NCBI GenBank assembly: GCA_000002445.1
Contig: CP000070.1
Span: 1,664,001-1,728,000, forward strand
DNA: 64,000 nt
Reading direction: 5' to 3'
Source: Trypanosoma brucei
Taxonomy: Eukaryota
In this document: in pieces, positions 54,063-64,000 of the stretch
How the letters are laid out: the number at the start of each line of letters is the position of its first letter
How positions within the stretch are numbered: the first letter of the stretch is position 1
The notes under the pieces: generated by a model
Databases searched by the model: none
What the model saw: the letters and a program-made list of their open reading frames with translations, nothing else
Told to the model about the DNA's origin: nothing
Made by a program: the position numbers and the translations under genes

Positions 54063-55982
54063 TTAAGTTGTTGGGAAATCATCACCACGATCCTCCGCGA
54101 AGACAAATTTGTGACGCAATCCACTCTTAACATTTGTTACATTCATTTCCTCTAAACCTGGAACCAGCCGGAACTGACGATTCACCATCCCACCCTGGGT
54201 CTTACAACCACCAAGGTTATTGCTCGCATTGTTGTTGTTGTTGTTGTTGGAGCCAACATTATAATAATGTTGATTGCTACTGTTGCTATTGTTGTTGTTA
54301 TTATTATTATTATTCATATTGCCGCTGCTGGCACCACTCGAGACGGAACCCTCCGGACATGTAACCCCACCAAATGTAAAGACTTGACCGTGTGTTCCTT
54401 TTGGTTTGCCATCTGGACCTAATTGGCAACACGGGCGCCGACACCATGACTGAGGTCCCTCCATCACAACTACGGTGTGCTGCCGGCCACATGCGATGGC
54501 CCTCGCCACACCACCTGCAACAAATTCAAGATTTACTACTCGATACGGTGAAGTTATTGTGTCGGTTGTTGGACGGGCACCGCACTGCCCAGAAGTGTTA
54601 TCGCCCCAGCAGTACACGGCACCGCGGTCGGTTAAAGCTACGGTATGAAAGGAACCACAAGCAACATCAACAACGTGACGACCGGTGAGTGCACCCACAA
54701 CTTTTTTTGGACGCATTACCGGTCCATTGTCACCGTGACCGAGACGGCCTTGGTAACCAACACCCCATGTGAAGAGCTCACCCGCGGCATTAATAGCGCC
54801 ACTGTGCCATTGACCGGCGTGGATGCGAACAAGTTTGTGCTCAGTTGGAACCCGCACTACCTGTGGCTCAAGCACAACCGTGCGCTCCTCCGCACTCAAC
54901 GACTTACCAATAATAGATATATCCGTAACACTAGCACGCACTTCTGCTTCACTTCCAAGGCCAAGACAATCCAATAACCCCCAACTGTACAACGTGCCAT
55001 CAGTACCCAGAGCAAGGGTAAAGAAACTACCACAGCTCAACTGCTCAATATGTTTACCCTCTAATGTTGTGACTAGAGTTGGTTCCTCCACTTTGCGCAG
55101 TGAACAATGGAAGCTGCGTGGCCCCAATCCACTCTGGCCGTGGTTATTGTTTCCCCAAAAGTATACATGATGATCTGCTGTCAGGGCCACGGCGAAGGCA
55201 TAACCGGCTGCCACATGCACCGCCGGTTCCCGCTCAAACATCGAAATGCGCTGCGGCACCGTCACTACAGTCGTTGTGTCCTCCGGATGCTGCTCCACCT
55301 CTGGTGTGTGACCGAGCCCTAATTGTCCCCAGTCCCCATTTCCAAAAGTATAAACATTACCGTCACTGGCGAGTACACAACTATAACTAGCACCCAGGGC
55401 AACATCCACTACATGAACACCAAACGGCGTTATTTGCACAAATGTTGGGGTATTGCAGTCCTCGAACCGCTGCGTGCCGAGCTCCCCACAAGAACCCGAA
55501 CCCCAACTAAATAACAACTGACGTCTCATGGGGCGTTCGGGTTCCATTCGCCGTATTAAACTCCTCAAATTTAGGTACTCCGCCACAGCCAGCACACCAG
55601 CCTCTGGGACACCGGGAGGTATAACCAACACCTTATGTCGCAAGTAATTTAGTACAGGAGCAAAGTATGTTGGATCTAAATCAAGCAAAATTGCTGAGTT
55701 TCCATCCTTCTCTACATGAAAGGAGTCTCGAAGCTCAGACTGGACCATCACCGCCAGCAAACTGCCAGGTTCAGAGCACAGAGTTGAAACCGTAGTCGTG
55801 AAGGGCGTCCCTCCAACATTTAATGTCACAAAATCCCACCGCCGCGCAAGTATAGAATCCGTTTGTGTGCTACGAGTGAGTGAAACGCCATCACACGAAT
55901 CGCCATCTCCGCAGCGTCCCACATGAAGCGGTGTGGTAAAATTGTTTGGATCCGCATGCATTTCACCCGTCCGTCGCATCAT
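54063..55982 (-). CDS. BTB/POZ (KCTD T1-type) domain protein with five or more RCC1 repeats and a poly-Asn C-terminal tail, 639 aa
   Basis: ATG verified at 55980-55982 (MM). The T1/BTB segment is FVTLNVGGTPFTTTVSTL...ILLDLDPTYFAPVLNYLRH. RCC1 signatures are WGSGSCGELG, GNGDWGQLGLGH, WGNNNHGQSGLG, WGVGYQGRLGHG, WGDNTSGQCG. The tail NMNNNNNNNNNSNSSNQHYYNVGSNNNNNNNASNN is encoded by the (GTT/ATT)n run at 54231-54320. Confidence 0.85.
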   Translation of the reverse strand: MMRRTGEMHADPNNFTTPLHVGRCGDGDSCDGVSLTRSTQTDSILARRWDFVTLNVGGTPFTTTVSTLCSEPGSLLAVMVQSELRDSFHVEKDGNSAILLDLDPTYFAPVLNYLRHKVLVIPPGVPEAGVLAVAEYLNLRSLIRRMEPERPMRRQLLFSWGSGSCGELGTQRFEDCNTPTFVQITPFGVHVVDVALGASYSCVLASDGNVYTFGNGDWGQLGLGHTPEVEQHPEDTTTVVTVPQRISMFEREPAVHVAAGYAFAVALTADHHVYFWGNNNHGQSGLGPRSFHCSLRKVEEPTLVTTLEGKHIEQLSCGSFFTLALGTDGTLYSWGLLDCLGLGSEAEVRASVTDISIIGKSLSAEERTVVLEPQVVRVPTEHKLVRIHAGQWHSGAINAAGELFTWGVGYQGRLGHGDNGPVMRPKKVVGALTGRHVVDVACGSFHTVALTDRGAVYCWGDNTSGQCGARPTTDTITSPYRVVNLEFVAGGVARAIACGRQHTVVVMEGPQSWCRRPCCQLGPDGKPKGTHGQVFTFGGVTCPEGSVSSGASSGNMNNNNNNNNNSNSSNQHYYNVGSNNNNNNNASNNLGGCKTQGGMVNRQFRLVPGLEEMNVTNVKSGLRHKFVFAEDRGDDFPTT

Positions 55983-58900
55983 CGCCGGTATCGTATCACT
56001 GCTGAATATCGTTGTTATTTTCTACGCCTTTTTCAGTTTGGGAATAGTGGCACACCTCAAACTTAAATGTGATGCAGAGCCGCAAGCCCTCTTTTATTCT
56101 TCCTTCACCTTAGCCCACACACGTCACACGCAGACCAAATAACAAAAAGAAAAAAAGAATCCTCCCTCTTTACCAGCACAACAACTGCCGCTATGGAAAA
56201 AGTAAATAATAATAATGATAATAATAATAATGTTGCTGCTGTTGCTGCTGTTCTACCTGTCAAAATATATATAAAGAAACAAAAAAAAAAGGAGATAGCA
56301 CACAACGAAAAGCATTGATGAGGGTAACACATGGTTGCAGCCAAAAGGCGGGGAGATAATCATACAAAACACCACGATCGATAAACAAAAAAAAATAGTA
56401 TTGAGTGGAAGGTAAAACAGTCAACGTAAGCATAGTGGAAATAATAACAATAACAACAACAATAATAATGGTAATGGTAATGGTAGTGATAATAATGACA
56501 ACAGTAAGTGATATAATGATAGTAATGAAGAGAAATATGAACGGGAAGGTACAAAAAGGGGGGCAGTAATCAATACTCCTTCCCTTAATTTAATAGTGTC
56601 GATCTCGCGCCCAGCAATAAAACAAAAAGCAGAAATCCCCGCAACGTCCTGAAAAAAAAAAAGGCAAACAAAAAAATAGATAAATATATAAACATTGCGG
56701 TGGAATACATAGATATATATATTTATATATATGTATATATGTATGAAAGGGGGAAATACGCATGAGAATGGAAAAAACTCAAAGTCATTACGAGGATTCT
56801 GGAATAATTTGAGAAGAAAAGTTGCAACTACAGCTAACAGGAGCTCGCGCACAAAAAATGTTTGTTTTGTTTTGTTTGTTTCCTCCTCCTGATCCTCCTC
56901 CTTCCTTCTTTTTGGTGTCTTAAATAAGGGCACCATTCCATGTAATGAGTTCACAAACACACAAAATACAGAAACACGAAAATATTAAAAGCAAAAGTAA
57001 TTTTACTTCTTCGGTCAAATCGCATGTCACTGGTCCGAATAAAACTGTAAAAATAATAACACATCATTTGCATTGCTTTCCGTTATTTCCTTTATTTCTT
57101 TTCCTTCCCTTATCTCACACATTTCCCCCATCTATTATTTCCCCTTCATATCTCGCAAACGCAACAAAAGATGAGGGGGGACAAAAAAAACAAACAAAAA
57201 AAAAACGCACCCGCACATAAATACAAAAATACAAAAAAACATAAAAATATAAAATAAAATAATGACACACAAGCGCACATATTTTTTTTGTAAAAAAAAA
57301 TGCATCTACATGCAAAAACATACATATAATTATAATTATAATTATGTATCCTCATACCTTCATGCGTTTAGATGTTTACCGAGCACACGGTGAATGAAAT
57401 ACATAAGAAGCAAGCAGCAGTGTAAAAACAAAAAAAAGAAAAAAATAGAGAAAAAAAGAAGGAAAACAAACAAACAAACTCGCAACGCAATGAAAAAAAT
57501 AGGAAGGAAACGATTAAATTTTTAAAAAAAGGAAAAAATGGAAAAAGGGGGAGCGATCGCCAAAAAAAAAAAAGTTAAAAGAAAGCAACGGAAAAATAAA
57601 AAGAAGTGTTGCCCCTTTCCTTTCATTCCTTCTTTTTTTTTTCTTTGCTCCCAGTCGCGCGAGTGTTTTATGTCACTGTTTAAAAGAAGGCCGTTAACTC
57701 AATTTATTTCCTTCCTTATGTCAGTTTCCATAATAATTCCTCTTATATATATATATATATATATATATTAGTATTATTATTATTATTCCCCTTTCTTTCT
57801 TTCTTTCACAAATTTTGTTTTTTTTTGTTTTTTAACGTACTTACGCTTCGAATATGCAAAATATCAGCAACAACCGCAAACACATATCTTCTACCTTTTT
57901 TCTCTCTTTTTTATTTTTCTTTTTTTCCAAACAAATGCAGAGAGAGGGGAGAACAAAAAACAAAAAAAAGAAAAAAAAGAAAAAAAAAGAAGCACACGTA
58001 AAAAAAAAAACGACCACAATAAAACAAGTTTTACTACAACATAAAGCAGTTCACTCACTTCAGGAATCACGAGGTGGCGCTGCTTCTCAGCAGCATTTCT
58101 CAAAAATAAAAAAATAAAAACTCCTTTAAACCCCTTCTGTTGGGGATTTATTTCATAATTGAAAAAAAAACGGAAGAGGAACAAATTAAGAGCACTAAAA
58201 CACGACACGTGAGACAAAACTGAAAAGAAGAAAAAAAGGAAAGAGAAAAACAACGCAGAAAGACAAAAAAAGGAAAGAAGCCCCAAGAAAAATAAATAAA
58301 AATCAAAAAAATGCATACGGTGCTGTAAATCAACATATATTTGATCATGCAACGTCACTTATTCACACTTTTCTTCTCATTTTCTTTTCCTTTATTATTA
58401 TCACTATAAAAATAACAATAACAAACCGAAGCTAACACTTTTTCCACGCTGGTAAAGTAAAATACAAGACGTTTCTAAGGAACTGAAAACAGAAACGAAA
58501 CAAAACAACAAATGGACAACCAATTATTTTTTTTTCTTAAATAAAAATAAACACTTTTTCTCCTATTTTTTTTTCCCCCCTCGTTTCGACGATAATGGTG
58601 TGTTTTACCTTTTCGTTCTTTTCTCGTTCATCCATGGTTTATTTAGCCCCGTAACTTTAGTTTTTTTCAGGAAAAACAAACAAACAAAACAAACAAACGG
58701 AAGGAAAGAAAGAAGGAAGGAACGGAAAGGGAAAAAAAAATGGATCGAAGAAGGAAAAGAGGCAGAACCTGCCGTGCATGACGGCATTAAATTCATCGCC
58801 GTGGAGACGCAACGCTGGTGGAGTGACGCCACATGTGTGAGAGTTGGAAAATCAAAATAACAATAATAATAATTATTATTATTATTACTATTTATTATTT

Positions 58901-59683
58901 ATTATTTATTGTTGTTAGTGGCAACTCATCACCACACGTCAGGTCGCAACACTTCACGCATCTCCGCTCATTTTTTTTTTCACTTCCATCACCATTTTTT
59001 TTTATCTCCCTCGCTACTTAGTTCCTCAAATTCACCTTCCCAGAAGCGCTATATCCCTTCACTCGTACACTTCCCTTCGTTTCCTCTCTTTCTCTCTCTC
59101 TATGAAATAAATATATATATTTTTTTCATACTGTTCTTGCTATTGTTGCGCTCCTAACATATCCGCATCATCCGCACATATGTTTCCCTCTTTTTTACCT
59201 CATTTTAACTTTTGCTTTATTTTAGCTTCCATTTCACTTTGTTTGTTTGTTACACCACAGACACCCCCTTTTTTTTTTTTTGAAACTCTTTAGTTCTGCG
59301 TTCCTCTCGACTTGTTGTTCACACATACACAAACACAAACACGTAAACAATCGTACAAATCACAAATCCTCATGATCATTTCACTTCGTTGGCACGGTTT
59401 CATATCCTTTTCCTCGTCGTGTTGTGCCGGTGGGAATCGTTTCACTTCTGCTCTTGACGAAAAAACACATTCTGGTCCAAAAGCCATTAGGAATAGTGAC
59501 ATGTACACGTACGCATACTTTAGTTCCTCCTTTCCTTCACTATTTGATGGGGCCTTTGCCTTCTTCTCTTTTTCCTTTTTTTTTTTTAAAATCACTCCCA
59601 ATGGCCCTTACAATCCAATTACTTTGTGACTTTATGAATTCACGTAACCGCGCGTTATCCCCTTATCCAAACCCTTGCTTAAC

Positions 59684-61012
59684 TTAATTCGTCCGTTCAT
59701 GATAAGAAACAGCCTGCTGGAGCAGCTTTTGGTACTCCTCTTCCGTGGAGGCATTGTCGTGCAGCATTGCTTGCTGCTCCCGCAGCAGTAGGGAAAATTT
59801 ATCCTTATTCGTTAAATGTTGGGCCCCTTTCGCGCTGGCTCGGAGTTGCACCAACACTTCTTCCTTCGCTTTTGCACTGGTAGGAAGTGTAAATTTTACT
59901 ACTTTGATTTCATTGAGGTTAACAACAGCCGTGGACGGGTTTTTCGGACCTCGTGAGCTGCTTTGAGGTCGTGCGTTGGGGGCGCTAAGGTGTTGGCGTG
60001 GTGGTTGCTCCCCATTGGAGGATTTACTGCCATGCCAAACTTGCCGCAACTCCTCCAGGTACTTCTCCGCTTCCTTAACAATTTTATCGTGTTGAGAAAG
60101 GCCCTCCAAACTCTCCCGTTCCATAGCTTCCTGCTCCCTCAGAAGGTCTTGAAGACGTTTTTTACTGTCCTCTTCACACGGTGCAACGCGGCCAGAGTAA
60201 ACCTTGGGCGGCCTCAGTTCCTTCCTTTTCGTATTGCCATTGCTGTTTAAGTCCTTGCCCCGGCTAAAGCATTCGCCGCTGGTATTCTCTTCATGGGTCA
60301 GTTTGTCGCTGCTGTTGTTGTTGCTATTCGTGACGGTATCGCCCTTCTCCGCGAGCGAAGGAAGCTTTAAGGAGTCTGCTTTAGAGTTGTTAATGTTCTG
60401 GCCGGTACTGTTTCGGCATGGAAGTCCTGTTGAGGAGGAAATTAGAATGCTTGGAGGGTTCGCTTCCATCCCCGCATCACCAAAAATGGGCTGATATCGT
60501 GGTTCTTCCACTTCAACAACGTCAACAACATGAACATTACTCACTCCCTGGGAAGAAGCTCCGTGACGATCCGTGACATCCCCCACATCCGTGCTGAGAA
60601 TGCTAAATACCGGAGTGGCAGCGGCTGGAGTGTAGCGAACGGGCTGCTCAGTCGTCTTTTGCTCCTCCACAAGCACAACACTCGTATGCCGCGAGCCTGG
60701 CGACGAATGGGCTGTTGTGGAGCTTAAACACAATGACGCGGCTGCCGCAGTCTTTTGAACAGCCTTGCCGTCGCGGGATGCGTCTGTAGTGGTGGCACAT
60801 GTGAAGGAAGGAGAAAGTTGCTGTTGATCCAACACTGGAAGGTGCTCATCGCCACTAACCGATACGGCAATGCTGCTGGCCGTTGTGTTGCGGCTGCCAT
60901 TAACACCCCGAATGTCTGGAAATAGCTCAATTGATACACGGGCATTGCGGACCCCTTGACTCTCTAGAAACTCACGCACACCGCAGCTGAGCGCGGTTTT
61001 GGAATGGAACAT
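59684..61012 (-). CDS. Hypothetical protein, ~442 aa, Ser/Thr-rich N-terminal half and C-terminal coiled-coil segment
   Basis: The track start is a TTG. The first ATG is at 61010-61012 (MFHSKTALSCGV). The C-terminal segment EEDSKKRLQDLLREQEAMERESLEGLSQHDKIVKEAEKYLEELRQ has heptad-like spacing. Confidence 0.55.
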   Translation of the reverse strand: MFHSKTALSCGVREFLESQGVRNARVSIELFPDIRGVNGSRNTTASSIAVSVSGDEHLPVLDQQQLSPSFTCATTTDASRDGKAVQKTAAAASLCLSSTTAHSSPGSRHTSVVLVEEQKTTEQPVRYTPAAATPVFSILSTDVGDVTDRHGASSQGVSNVHVVDVVEVEEPRYQPIFGDAGMEANPPSILISSSTGLPCRNSTGQNINNSKADSLKLPSLAEKGDTVTNSNNNSSDKLTHEENTSGECFSRGKDLNSNGNTKRKELRPPKVYSGRVAPCEEDSKKRLQDLLREQEAMERESLEGLSQHDKIVKEAEKYLEELRQVWHGSKSSNGEQPPRQHLSAPNARPQSSSRGPKNPSTAVVNLNEIKVVKFTLPTSAKAKEEVLVQLRASAKGAQHLTNKDKFSLLLREQQAMLHDNASTEEEYQKLLQQAVSYHERTN

Positions 61013-61858
61013 ATGCAAATCACGTCTTCTCCCTACCTTTCAGTAAACTTCGGGCTGGTTAGACTAGTTACTCCTCCCGAGGGGTCTACCTTCTGAAAAG
61101 AAAAAAAATGGAGATACTCCTCCAAAAAGAAATGTTTGACGGTCACCTTTCTTTTCCTTTTTTTTTTCTGATATCTGCGGGCCGGTGGCTAGAGTTGCAA
61201 ATGGAAGCAACAGCTCTCGCGCTTTTCTCCGACGCGTGTAGACTACGGAAGCGAAACAATGAAGAAAATAATAAAGAAAACATTCGGAAGAAGAATAGGA
61301 CTCGTACTCACTGGATGGAAATAATCTTGAAGTACGTGCACAAGCAGTTGCGTAACCTCGTATGGACTACGACTGCGACCACAAGAGGGAAAAAAATCAG
61401 TGTGTGGAGCATTTATTAAACATGTTCCTCGAGACCATATATCGGTAGGCGCATGTGACCCACCAGTTCGCCCAACGGTTACCAGCACATGAGAGAAATA
61501 CCTCATACGCCACCCTTCAACTTAAATTACTCCTTTGGCCCATAAATACCCACTACGACGGCCAGCAAACCTTGTTACTGTACACACAATAGACTTTAAA
61601 AAGTACGAACGTTATTTTCATCCTCACTAGCACACGATACTCCCCACGCCTTTTCAAAACACCAAGTGTCAACGCCACCCCTCCTGCGCTCTCCTTTGCA
61701 CACACCACACACACAAACACATATACATACATGTATATATATAAATATATATATATATATGCACATACGCACCACGGACCCTGTATGGAGTAAACAAATG
61801 GTTCGGCACTACTGGAAAGGGCTGCAACGAACCAGCACAACAGCAGGTGGGCGCGTTG

Positions 61859-62680
61859 CTACTTCTTTGCTGCGCCGCCGGTGGAGGCGCCTGGTTGTAC
61901 CGGTTTCGCATCTAAGTCCCTGCAATACGGCTTTGGTGGCTCTTTCATAAAAATTGACGTTCTGCCACCTGCCGGTTCCGACCATCGACGGTCTTCTCGA
62001 CACGTCCCCACCTTAAATGGGCGCCCTTCACGTAAGTTCTCAATCAGTTCCTTGACACTATCCCACGTAAGGTCTTCCACAAAGTCATATGAAAAATGTG
62101 GTGGCCGACTGTAGTCGCTTACCACAAGCATGGGTGCGTTCACACAAGCCCCAAGGCACTGCATCTCACCCAGCGTAATGAGTCCGTCACGGGTTGTACC
62201 ATGCATTTTCACATTGAGGTATGCCTCGGTGCGGTGGACGAGTTCGTCGCAGCCACATAGCATGCAGGGGGTTGTGACGCAGAACTGAATGTGATATTTT
62301 CCCACAGGTTGGCGGTTGAACATGGAGTAAAACGTGACTGTTTCAAATACCTGCATTGGAGGCACCTCACAGATGCGGGCAATTTTGTACATGGCCGTCA
62401 CTGGAATGTACCCGCCCTGTTGCCGTTGTGCGAGGTGCAGCAGTGGAATAATGGCGCTCCTGCGGCGGCTGCGCGGAAACTTAGGGAGGATGACGTTGTT
62501 GATCTCCTCATAGCTTGCCATCGTGAAGTCCCATGGGATGCGAGTGTTGTTGGTGTCGGTGTTGTGATGCCGAACCTCGCCGTGGATCACTCGTCGGGGA
62601 GAACAGACGGGAAAAGGAACCACGCATCCTGTAAGAGCAGGAATAATGGGGGGTAAATTGGCCCCAGCTCGACGCCACAT
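61859..62680 (-). CDS. NDUFV2: NADH dehydrogenase (ubiquinone) 24-kDa flavoprotein subunit (NDUFV2/NuoE), [2Fe-2S] thioredoxin-like ferredoxin, 273 aa with N-terminal extension
   Basis: ATG verified at 62678-62680. The conserved core is IPLLHLAQRQQGGYIPVTAMYKIARICEVPPMQVFETVTFYSMFNRQPVGKYHIQFCVTTPCMLCGCDELVHRTEAYL...GEMQCLGACVNAPMLVV. It contains the four cluster cysteines in C-x4-C...C-x3-C spacing. Confidence 0.88.
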   Translation of the reverse strand: MWRRAGANLPPIIPALTGCVVPFPVCSPRRVIHGEVRHHNTDTNNTRIPWDFTMASYEEINNVILPKFPRSRRRSAIIPLLHLAQRQQGGYIPVTAMYKIARICEVPPMQVFETVTFYSMFNRQPVGKYHIQFCVTTPCMLCGCDELVHRTEAYLNVKMHGTTRDGLITLGEMQCLGACVNAPMLVVSDYSRPPHFSYDFVEDLTWDSVKELIENLREGRPFKVGTCREDRRWSEPAGGRTSIFMKEPPKPYCRDLDAKPVQPGASTGGAAKK

Positions 62681-64000
62681 CCTCCCGCGAGCTCAAAATT
62701 GTACCCGCACCGGTTCGTGATTTATCCTAACTGCGTACCTTACTGGGGTCGTCCCGACGCACCTTACTCCCACGTGGCACGGACTAGAACACAGACACAC
62801 TGAACGATACTACAAAATTGCTAATACTGCTCCTACTGCTAGAAATGGGACAACAAAACCCAACCCTGCTGTACTACAAAGTATATATATGTATATATAA
62901 CTTCAAACAACGGCAAATAAGTGGATAAAACAGTCCCAAGAATATTAATACTTTCTCCGGGAAATCAGCCACAACTCCCAATACTTCCCTGTACGCTAAC
63001 GGTGTTGTCAAGCAAAGAAAAAAAAGATGGAAGAGGCAACAATTCAGGTAGAAAAAACGAGGCAAGCAACACGTGAAGGCAACGAAGCACGGTGACCCCA
63101 ACCACCACGCATCAACAAGCACATACACAAATACACACAACACCAACGGTTAACGAAAGGGGAAAGAAGATCAGAGTCGTCAATAATGTAACGAACTTCC
63201 GGGTGGCTACGCTCCAAAAAAAAAAAAAACACTGCGGGCACCGTTCCTGGGGCACGAGGTGAGCTAAACTAACTCTCCCATCCTCCTATTTTCCTTTTCG
63301 TTCATCTACGCTCACACACCTCCCCCTCTCCCTCTCCTACTTTCCCCAATCTGCAGCACTTTATTCCCAAAGGGTGGCACGGGTGTCTTCTTGGGGATGT
63401 GCGGTCGTTATGTTGAAACGGAGGCAAATGATTTAGAAAGGAAAAACAAAAAAGAAAAGAAAAATGAGAAGCACGAAGGGCCTGAGCAAGTGAGGAGAAT
63501 GAATGAAAAGGGGGACTGAACGAGTAACAAATTTGCATTACCCGCCAAATGGAAGTCTCACTACGTTTGAAGGGGAGGGTCGCTAGCACTCACCACAGCA
63601 GGATTAGTAACTCTCGCCACATCCCCCTCCTTCCTCCTTTCTTAACCCCACCATTATTCCCCCTCCCCCTTCCTCACACCGGCATTCGAAGAGTTCTATC
63701 TAACTTGCAGTTTAGATCGACAGCGCAAGTGAGTACAAGTGCCGCCAACCTAAACCACTCTGTAACGCTGGCAGCGTACGGCGATCGTTGTTGTGGGTGC
63801 TGTTTCGACAGTGCCGCGCCCCATGCGGTGAAGATGGAATAAAATTTCCAATAGAGAAGCGGCAGAAAAGGAAGAGGTGAGTTGGAGAAGCACGCCAGCA
63901 CACGAAATGCTGCGCAGACTCTTCCTTAACGTAAACATTACATCAACTTCACCACCGACGTCCTTTCTATCCTCCCTCCTCTCTTCTTGTTCACCGAAAG

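Noticed and set aside
1-64000. A prokaryotic-style defence or mobile system was considered
   Set aside because: The whole window is one eukaryotic polycistronic unit. It has no operon-like short intergenic spacing, no integrase or transposase, and no terminal inverted repeats. The only candidate for a prokaryotic-origin gene is peptidase T, and it is embedded with host-type flanks.

Overview
This window looks like a kinetoplastid (Trypanosoma brucei-type) nuclear chromosome segment. The evidence is: 21 long intron-less ORFs, all on the minus strand, so the window sits inside one polycistronic transcription unit with no strand switch. Between genes lie long A/T-rich, low-complexity spacers full of (CA)n, (TA)n and (CCT)n microsatellites. 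The + strand is purine-rich where the minus-strand transcripts need polypyrimidine tracts. One gene is a 768-aa polo-like kinase, which matches the reported length of TbPLK (this is recalled, not searched). The window therefore probably lies in the PLK region of chromosome 7; this is inference. Genes I can support, from low to high coordinate: a 4-copy tandem array (about 1.5 kb unit, 1286..6912) of a ~215-aa multi-pass membrane protein with alkaline-ceramidase/CREST-like motifs; a hypothetical protein; a RING-H2 finger; a J-domain protein with presequence and TM; a hypothetical protein; a Ser/Thr kinase fused to leucine-rich repeats; ARL1 GTPase; a hypothetical protein; a coiled-coil protein; EMC2-like TPR protein; bacterial-type peptidase T (M20B); a 640-aa hypothetical; an N-terminal-motor kinesin with polyQ; a WD40 protein with an MGCGSS dual-acylation N-terminus; polo-like kinase carrying a poly-Asn microsatellite; a BTB(T1)-RCC1 protein with a poly-Asn tail; a hypothetical protein; and the NADH dehydrogenase 24-kDa subunit (NDUFV2). 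Several leading M residues in the supplied ORF track are non-ATG alternative starts (TTG/GTG). I checked the flanking bases and give start coordinates at the first ATG, which I verified in each case. I found no rRNA, tRNA, CRISPR or recognisable transposon. The most interesting structure is the membrane-protein array. Its non-coding flanks are about 98% identical between units, its coding regions are patch-wise mosaic, and one copy has lost the putative catalytic His motifs.
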